DNA from: an uncultured Chloroflexia bacterium
GTDB taxonomy: Bacteria > Chloroflexota > Limnocylindria > Limnocylindrales > CSP1-4
Assembly (NCBI GenBank): GCA_963828165.1
Contig: CAWHDR010000001.1
Coordinates: forward strand, 64,001-128,000
Length of the DNA stretch: 64,000 nt
Direction of reading: 5' to 3'
Position numbers and translations under genes: made by a program. The notes below the pieces were generated by a model. That model saw only the letters and a list, made by a program, of their open reading frames with translations. It was not told where the DNA came from and made no database searches. This document shows positions 57,154 to 64,000 of this stretch, one piece after another (positions within the stretch are counted from its first letter, which is position 1; each line of letters begins with the position of its first letter).

Positions 57154-57865
57154 TCACGCGCCGAACGGCGCGACCGCGAACAGGTGGCTGAACTGTTTGC
57201 ACCAGATGAGGGCGCTGCGGAATCGGGCCGGGTCGATGCCGTCAGGGAGGTCGTAGCCGAACGATCCGTCGGTCGCCTTCAGCTTTCCGAGCTCGAGCGC
57301 ATCTTCCGCGTATCCCTCGGCATCGGGCGAGAGATACACGAACAGGTCGGGGCCGTTGCGGACCGAGAATTCGTCGAGCCGCAGGTGATAGCGACCGGGT
57401 TCGACTTCGACGATCGACGCCGTCCCGCTTCCGAAATGGAAGTCGTCGGTGCCGCTGAATTCGCCGCTCGCCACGGTCGTGGCGGTGAACGGCGTCGGCT
57501 GCCGGGGTCGGAGGCGCCGTCGGCGAGCCCGAGGGCACGACCGACGGCGCCGATTCGTTCGATGGGGCTGCGGAGACGGCCGGAACCGGGGTCGACGCGA
57601 TCGCGGCCGGTCCCGGTTCGAGGAGTGACGTGCGGATGAAGATCGGCGAGCCCAGGTACCAGCCAACCGGCAGCATCACCGCCAGCGCGACCGCGGCCAC
57701 GACGGCGGTGCGCCCAGGGTGGCGACGAGCCGCGGCGATCCAGCCCAACCGGGCGGCGACGAATACGGCCAGGACGGCCAACGCGATCGACGCGATGGCA
57801 ACCGGGATCCGGAACTCGTACAGGGCTCGGGCGACGTCGTTGGCGATGTCGCCGATCGATGGCAT
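57154..57865 (-). CDS. DM13 domain membrane protein (apparent frameshift near 57497)
   Basis: TM helices and WYLGSPIF in one frame; SGEFSGTDDFHFGSG, NGPDLFVYLS, LGKLKA, IWCKQFS in the next. Confidence 0.85.
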
Positions 57866-57907
57866 GGCGCGATGGTGGATGCCGCGCGTGACCGTCGTAT
57901 GACGGCG

Positions 57908-59640
57908 TCAGCCCGTGATCGGCGGGGCCGCGAGCGCCGGCTCGGTCGCCGACTCGTGCGCCGACGGCGATGGCGCGATCCCGTATTCGACGGTCGCGGT
58001 CGCGAGGTACGCATCGACCTCGAGGTCGCGGCGCGCGGCGTCCCAGCCGAGCTCGCCGGCCATGATCTCGGCGACCCGCGGCGCGACGCTGGCCCCGCGA
58101 TCGGCCAGCTCCGGGCTCAGACGCAGCCGGCGTGACAGGACGTCGTCGACCGACAGGGCGAGCTCGCGCCGGACACCCCAGGCCACCTCGGCCTCGAGGA
58201 ACGGCCGACCCGCCACGAGCGGTCGGAGCAGATCGAGCTCGCCGCCGAGCGCAACGACGCCGGGCGCCTCCGTGCCGTGACGGGCCACGAGTCGCGCGGC
58301 GGCTTCGGGATGGGCCGCCGCGATCGGCCTTGACGCTGCCGATCTCCGCGACGATCCGGTCCAGCACCGCACGTTCCGCCGCCCCGACGAGCCGTCGCTC
58401 GGCCGTCGCGCTTGGCAGCCGCTCCGCTCCCTCACGCCCGAGGACCGCGTCGATGACGTCGCGGGCCATGACGCGGTAGGTCGTGTACTTGCCGCCACCG
58501 ATCCGGACGATGCCGTTCTGCTCGATGGTGACCCGGTGCTCGCGCGAGGCCTTGACCGTCGAGCCGTGGCTCGGCGCGATGAGCGGCCGCAGCCCCGCGT
58601 AGGTGCCGACGACGTCGCTCCGCCGCAGGTCGACGTCGAGCGTGTCGTTGACGGTTCGCAGCAGCTCGTCGATCTCCCAGCCGTCCGCGGCAGGGCGGGC
58701 GGAACGGCCGTCATAGGGCGCGTCCGTGGTCCCGATCAGCCAGTGATCCGGCCACGGGATGAGAAAGACGACCTTGCCGGGGACGCGGATCGTGAGTCCG
58801 GCCGACATCGGGATCCGCGGACGAGGCACGACGAGATGGGCACCGCGGCTCGGGAGGATCCGGGTCGACCGACTGGATAACGGGTGCTCCGGATCGGCCG
58901 CCCAGACGCCGGTCGCGTCGACGACCGCCCGTGTCCGGATCTCGAGCTCCGCGCCCGAAGCGACATCGCGGGCGCGCAACACGCGATGCGATCCCGACGT
59001 GGAGGCATGACCAAGACCGCGGGCCTGGACCCGGGTGACGGCCAGGGACCGGGCATCCTCGGCAAGCGCGGTACGGACGACGGCGAGGGCCAGTCGGGCG
59101 TCGTCCTCCATGCCGTCGTGGTAGAGCAACCCGCCACGCAGGCCCTTGCGTCGCAGGGACGGGGCGATCGCGATGGTCTCGTCGACGTTCAACCGGCGGT
59201 GCCATCCGCCGTCGTGGCGGGCACCCAGAAGGTCGTACAGCGTCAGACCCGCGTCGTAGAACGCCTTGCTCAGGAACGGGATGCCACGGATCGGGAAACA
59301 GCTGCGGTTCGAGGGTCACGAGGTGCGGGGCGTTGCGCAGAAGCCGGCCCCGTTCGGCGAGCCCTTCTCGAACGAGCCCGATCTGGAGCTGCTCCAGGTA
59401 TCGCAGGCCACCGTGGATGAGGCGCGACGATCGCGACGACGTTCCGGACGCGATGTCGTCCTGCTCGATCAGGGCGGCGTGAAGGCCGCGCGTCGCGGCA
59501 TCCAGCAAAGCTCCGGCGCCGACGATCCCGCCGCCGACGATGACGACGTCCCAGGCCGTGTCGACGAGGCGCGACAACTCCGTCGCGCGCCGCTCGGTCG
59601 GGGTGGGTGCGTTCGCCGTCGAGGGCGTTGCCTCGCTCAC
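57908..59640 (-). CDS. glpD: FAD-dependent glycerol-3-phosphate dehydrogenase (two apparent frameshifts near 59297 and 58330)
   Basis: VGGGIVG, SGTSSRSSRLIHGGLRYLEQ; DDARL, IGTTD, YAGLRPL, GGKYTTYR; EAEV..DDVLSRR spread over three ORF segments. Confidence 0.88.
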
Positions 59641-59867
59641 TGGCCGTCGTCGATCGGCCGACCTCGCGAGATCCGCCACAGCAACCAGCCCGTGCCCACG
59701 ATGAGCACGCCGATCATCACCGGCCCATCGAGGATCGCCCCCCGGATCGGATCCGGCAGGAGGCCCGTCAGCGCGGCGGCCCCGATGACCACCACGACGA
59801 CGCCGGCCGCGACCGTGAGGACCTCGAGCCAGCCCGGCTGGGAGCCGCGGGGACGTGCGTCAACCAC
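59637..59867 (-). CDS. Small two-TM hypothetical protein
   Basis: Two hydrophobic helices; overlaps nnrE stop and glpD start (GTGA). Confidence 0.7.
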   Translation of the reverse strand: MVDARPRGSQPGWLEVLTVAAGVVVVVIGAAALTGLLPDPIRGAILDGPVMIGVLIVGTGWLLWRISRGRPIDDGQ

Positions 59868-60693
59868 GATCGGCCTCTGGCGGGATCCCGATCGGCGCGA
59901 CCAGGACCTTGCCGGCATGCGCGGCTCCGCGTCGGGTCGCGAGACCGGTCTTGGGTCGGTGGAACGTCACGGTCAGGTCGGCGCGCACCGCGGGCTCCGA
60001 GGGCTCACCGCTCGACAGGTCGATCGCTGTCGGAGTGTCGACCGCCACGACCGGGATGCCGCCGGACCGGGCGTGCTCGATGAGCTCGACCGCCGACCGG
60101 ATCGGATCGCGAAGCGGTCCGCGGACCCCCGTTCCGAGCAATGCGTCGACGATGACCGCGGCCCGCTCGATCCCGTGGCCGAACAGCGCCACGTCACGGG
60201 CGACCGGGGCGTGCACCTTGCTGATGCCGGTGTCGCGGGCGATGCGGTCCCAGTTCCGCGATGCGGCCGTTCCCCTGGGTCTCGCCTCGGTCGCTACGAC
60301 GGCAACGACGACCCCCGCGCCGGCGAGGGCGAGACGCCGTGCTGCCACGAACCCGTCGCCCCCGTTGTTGCCCGGGCCGCACATGATGACGATGGGCCCG
60401 GTGCCCCAACGGCCCGTGTCGACGGCCAGGGCACGGACCGCCGCCGCCACCGCCGTCCCGGCGTGCTCCATCAGCCGCTCCTCCGTCACACCCAGGGCCT
60501 GGGCGCGGCGGTCGGCGCCGGTCATCGCCTCGGCACCGATGGCCGGCATCGCGGCCCGATCGGCCCAGCGGCGCCGGAGCTCCCGCAGGTCCATCTCGAA
60601 GATCGAGGGATCGTTGGCGGGCAGGGACCGCATGCCCGCCGCATCGGGCGCGGCGCTGCGCCGATCGCCGGCCGGGAGGGAGGTGGAGGACAT
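59860..60693 (-). CDS. nnrE: NAD(P)H-hydrate epimerase (stand-alone YjeF-N)
   Basis: LMEHAG, CGPGNNGGDG, DALLGTG, AVDTPT, TVTFH..KTG. Confidence 0.92.
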   Translation of the reverse strand: MSSTSLPAGDRRSAAPDAAGMRSLPANDPSIFEMDLRELRRRWADRAAMPAIGAEAMTGADRRAQALGVTEERLMEHAGTAVAAAVRALAVDTGRWGTGPIVIMCGPGNNGGDGFVAARRLALAGAGVVVAVVATEARPRGTAASRNWDRIARDTGISKVHAPVARDVALFGHGIERAAVIVDALLGTGVRGPLRDPIRSAVELIEHARSGGIPVVAVDTPTAIDLSSGEPSEPAVRADLTVTFHRPKTGLATRRGAAHAGKVLVAPIGIPPEADRG

Positions 60694-60727
60694 GGCGAGC
60701 CAAGCGTAGCCGACCGGGCTCGACGGG

Positions 60728-61651
60728 TCAGGCGAGAGGCAGCCGTGCTCGAAGCGCCGAGTCCGCGCCCTTGGCCGATCCGATCTCGAGGACCCCGTCG
60801 GCGGCCATGGCGTCGGCGGCGGCCCGGACCTGTCCGAGGTCGTGGGTCCCGATCGCGTCGTCGAAGGCGACCCAATGCCCGTCCGGCGCCGCGCGCAGCC
60901 GATCCAGGATCCGGCCGCGAAGCCAGCGGTTCGTCGCTGGGAAGCGGATGGCCGGTGGGCGACGGGTACGCGGACGGGGCGCTGCCGGCGGGGCGGGCGA
61001 GGCGGTCGCGCGCGAAGCGAGGCGACACCAGGGACGGGCCGGACACGCGTCGCACCGAGGCTCGCGAGGGCGGCAGAGCATCGCGCCGAGGTCCATGAGG
61101 GCGTGGGTCCAGTCGCCCGGCCGGTCCTGCGGGACCGCGTCATCGGCGACGTCCTGGAGCGCACGTGCCGAAAGGACGACGGCATCTCCCGCGACGATCC
61201 GCCCGAGGACGCGACGGACATTGACGTCGACCGCGCCCACCGGCGTGTCGAACGCGATCGCAGCGACGGCCCGCGCGGTGTAGGGCCCGATCCCGGGGAG
61301 CGCCTGCAGCTCCGCCACGGTCGACGGGATGCGACCGTCATGCTCGGCGACCACGATCCGGGCCGTCCGCCACAGCGCCAGGGCCCGCCGGTCGTACCCG
61401 AGACCCTGCCACGCCCGTAGCACGGCCGCCGGGGTCGCTGCGGCGAGCGCCTCCACCGTGGGGAATCGCTCCGTGAACCGCTCCCAGTACGCCGCCGCCC
61501 GCGACGCCTGGGTCTGCTGGGCCATGACCTCGGACACGAGGATCCCGTACGGGTCTTTCGTCCGCCGAAACGCGAGCGTCCGGCCCTGCTCCCCGTACCA
61601 GGCGAGGATCGCGTCCCGAGCCTCGGGCGGGACGCTCGTCGGGGTGGTCAC
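60728..61651 (-). CDS. mutY: A/G-specific adenine glycosylase (short form)
   Basis: PYGILVSEVMAQQT, WQGLGY, LPGIGPYTA, VDVNVRRV, C-x6-C-x2-C-x5-C. Confidence 0.92.
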   Translation of the reverse strand: MTTPTSVPPEARDAILAWYGEQGRTLAFRRTKDPYGILVSEVMAQQTQASRAAAYWERFTERFPTVEALAAATPAAVLRAWQGLGYDRRALALWRTARIVVAEHDGRIPSTVAELQALPGIGPYTARAVAAIAFDTPVGAVDVNVRRVLGRIVAGDAVVLSARALQDVADDAVPQDRPGDWTHALMDLGAMLCRPREPRCDACPARPWCRLASRATASPAPPAAPRPRTRRPPAIRFPATNRWLRGRILDRLRAAPDGHWVAFDDAIGTHDLGQVRAAADAMAADGVLEIGSAKGADSALRARLPLA

Positions 61652-61733
61652 GCCACGAGGATAGCCCGGGTGAAGCCGTCGTTGATGGCGGGGTGAGCGG
61701 CACGCGGTAGGATGCGAAAGCAGCATTCACGAG

Positions 61734-62450
61734 GTGTCGCCGATGGTCGTCGAGACCAGCACGTTCACCGGATTCCGGCCTGAAGCCATCGACTTCCTGG
61801 CCGAGCTCGCGCAGAACAACGATCGATCCTGGTTCCAGCCTCGCAAGGCCGAATACGAGCGCCTGCTCAAGGAGCCGATGGAGGCGTTGGTCGGCGCCCT
61901 TGCGGATCGATTCGAAGCCCGCGGGCTGCCCCTCGGGGCGGATCCGAACCGCTCCGTATCCCGGATCTACCGCGATACGAGGTTCGCCAAGGACAAGTCG
62001 CCGTACAAGTCGAACATCTACGCCAGGTTCCCGTGGATCGGCCGCGGCTCGGACCACGACGCTTCGGACGAGGGTGCCCACGGTCCCGGCGCCTACGTCA
62101 GCGTGATGCCCGGTGAGAGCTACGTGGGCGGTGGCATGTGGCGGCCGGAGAAGCCCCGACTCGACGCCTTCAGGGCGGCGATCCTCGACGACCCCGATCG
62201 CGTCCGGGCAGCGCTGGAGGATCCAGGCTTCATTGCCGAGTTCGGGCCGGTCCACAGCCACGACTCGCTCAAGCGCGTGCCGCCCGGATTCCCACCGGAC
62301 CATCCCATGGCCGAGCTGTTCCGGTACAAGGACGTGATCTTCGGGCGCAACCTGTCGGACGACGAGGTCCACTCGCCGGACCTGCCGGACATCCTCGCCG
62401 ACGCGTATACCGCGGCCGTGCCCGTGTTCCGGCTCCTCTCGAAGCTCTAG
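61734..62450 (+). CDS. DUF2461 domain protein
   Basis: FLAELAQNNDRSWF, RIYRDTRFAKDKSPYK, LKRVPPGF. Confidence 0.92.
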   Translation: MSPMVVETSTFTGFRPEAIDFLAELAQNNDRSWFQPRKAEYERLLKEPMEALVGALADRFEARGLPLGADPNRSVSRIYRDTRFAKDKSPYKSNIYARFPWIGRGSDHDASDEGAHGPGAYVSVMPGESYVGGGMWRPEKPRLDAFRAAILDDPDRVRAALEDPGFIAEFGPVHSHDSLKRVPPGFPPDHPMAELFRYKDVIFGRNLSDDEVHSPDLPDILADAYTAAVPVFRLLSKL

Positions 62451-63382
62451 CGATCCTGGGCGGACGTCCGGCGCCAGAGCTCGGCGGCCAGGAGCTCGGC
62501 CGTCACCGACTCGACGATCGCTCGATGAAACGGGTCGGCGTCGGACGAGGTGCTCGGGACCGGGATCACCGTCCCGCCACGCCGCTCGATCGTGGCGCTG
62601 ACCTCAGCGTCGGCCGCCGCGCCCGGGAAGAGCAGGGCCCGGTGCCCCGGGAGCGCGAGATAGACGGCCGTGTGGAGCCAGTCGCCCGTGTCGCGCGCGG
62701 TAGCACGGAGCCTGGGCGCCTCCCGGAGCATCAGGGCCGCCTGCTCCGCGAGGCCGAGGATCCCGGCGTCGGCCAGGACGTCGATCGCGGGTGCGCCGTC
62801 CAGGGCCTCGCTCATGTCCGCCAGCCAGTGGTCCCGACCCTCGATCGCCGTCGTGAGGTCCGAGACGGTCGACGCCAGCGCCGCCGGCGTCCGACCGGCG
62901 AGCATCGCCAGCACCGCGACCGTGGCGCGGAAGGTGCGCGTGGCGACCCCCGCAGCTTCGATGCCCGCAAACACCGGCAGGACATGATCGGCGGCCGACG
63001 CCAGCTCCGACTCGGGATCGTTCGTCACGGCGATGACGAGACTCGTACCGCGATGTCGGCGCGCCGATGCGATCACCTCGGCCGTCCCGCCGGAGGCGGA
63101 GATGGCCACGAATGCCAGGTCCGGAGCCGGCGCCGTCGGCGCTCCGGTCGACGCGTACTCCACCCAAGCCGACGCCCCCGCGGCCCGCAGGTCGGAGCTT
63201 GCGATCATCGCGGCATATCGGGAGCTGCCGAGCCCCGTGAACGCGACCCGCGACATGACCCGCATGGTCGGCAAGAGAGCCGCGAGTGGCGTCTCGGCCC
63301 GGTCGTAGGCCTCCAGCAGGCGCTCGAGGGCGGCCGGGCCACCGAGGATGTCCGCCACCAGCTGGTCGACTCGATCGGTCAC
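62447..63382 (-). CDS. SIS-domain protein (GlmS/AgaS-like sugar-phosphate isomerase/deaminase)
   Basis: FTGLGSSRYA, AISASGGTAEV, AVTNDPESELA, ALMLREAP..DWLH. Confidence 0.85.
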   Translation of the reverse strand: MTDRVDQLVADILGGPAALERLLEAYDRAETPLAALLPTMRVMSRVAFTGLGSSRYAAMIASSDLRAAGASAWVEYASTGAPTAPAPDLAFVAISASGGTAEVIASARRHRGTSLVIAVTNDPESELASAADHVLPVFAGIEAAGVATRTFRATVAVLAMLAGRTPAALASTVSDLTTAIEGRDHWLADMSEALDGAPAIDVLADAGILGLAEQAALMLREAPRLRATARDTGDWLHTAVYLALPGHRALLFPGAAADAEVSATIERRGGTVIPVPSTSSDADPFHRAIVESVTAELLAAELWRRTSAQDR

Positions 63383-64000
63383 TCGCCGTCCTCGAACAGG
63401 GCGCGCATCCCCTCGGTCGGGGCGTAGAGCCACGACGGTAGGTAGGTGGTGGCATAGGCGAACTCGTACAGCTCCTTGTCGATCTCGAATGCCCGCAGCA
63501 GCGCTGGGTCCATGGCGATCCAGACCCGCTCCTGCCGGAGACCGGCCTGGTATGCCTCGAGGAACCGCTCCCGCGAGCGGCGGATCCAGCCCTCGAGGTC
63601 CAGTCCGACGTGGTCGAGCGGGCCATCGTTGGTCACCTCGGCCCGCCGAAGCGCGCTGCGAGCGACGTGGTCGAGCGAGCGCAGCATCGAGGCCACGTCA
63701 CGCAGCGGCGACCGATGCGCACGTCGGGCATCCGGCGGACTGAGCGGCTCACCCTCGAAGTCGATGACGCGAAAGCCGTCTGGCGCCAGCAGCAGCTGAC
63801 CGAGGTGGTAGTCGCCATGCGCCCGGATGACCTCCGGTGTCGTGGGGAGCGCGTCGAGCACGGTCAGTGCCTCGGCGATCTTCGGGGCGAGCTCGCGCAG
63901 GGTCGCGCGGGCCTCGTCCGCCGTAGTGACATCGAGCGCCGTCTCGAGGTGCGTCCGGGCGTCACGGGCCCATGAGCGGATCTCGTCGCGCGTCGCCTCG
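63379..64000 (-). CDS. Maltokinase-like phosphotransferase (5' part outside window)
   Basis: IRAHGDYHLGQLL, VIDFEGEP, SPLRDVASMLRS, FEIDKELYE. Confidence 0.85.
   Translation of the reverse strand, partial: EATRDEIRSWARDARTHLETALDVTTADEARATLRELAPKIAEALTVLDALPTTPEVIRAHGDYHLGQLLLAPDGFRVIDFEGEPLSPPDARRAHRSPLRDVASMLRSLDHVARSALRRAEVTNDGPLDHVGLDLEGWIRRSRERFLEAYQAGLRQERVWIAMDPALLRAFEIDKELYEFAYATTYLPSWLYAPTEGMRALFEDGE

Noticed and set aside
57908-59640. glpD as a true pseudogene
   Set aside because: All motifs are intact and the three segments join cleanly; the two shifts match the window-wide indel pattern

Overview
64 kb of high-GC (~70%) bacterial chromosome, probably from an uncultured Chloroflexota lineage such as Limnocylindria/Ellin6529 (inferred from gene content, PlsY, sortase-like protein, LCP and GAAC-N4-GTTC boxes; not verifiable here). 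It is mostly core or metabolic DNA: two tRNAs (Arg-TCT, Glu-CTC), a branched-chain 2-oxoacid dehydrogenase set (lpdA, E1a, E1b, E2, lipA), two acyl-CoA dehydrogenases, plsY, glpD, mutY, nnrE, a DUF1611/dipeptide-epimerase pair and an 8-gene ABC/MoxR/DUF58/VWA operon. No integrase, transposase or CRISPR array was seen. Most notable observations: (1) a nucleotide-transporter-HEAT-cNMP fusion beside an adenylate-cyclase-STAND-TPR protein and a LuxR regulator, inserted into the dehydrogenase operon; (2) two collinear 176-bp intergenic elements 30.5 kb apart with a shared 51-bp internal repeat and inverted ends; (3) an ECF sigma coupled to an Ogt-Ada(Zn) fusion; (4) DnaA-like and LexA-like boxes upstream of an unknown gene; (5) pervasive leaderless promoters. 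Five single-base frameshifts in four genes look like sequencing errors.
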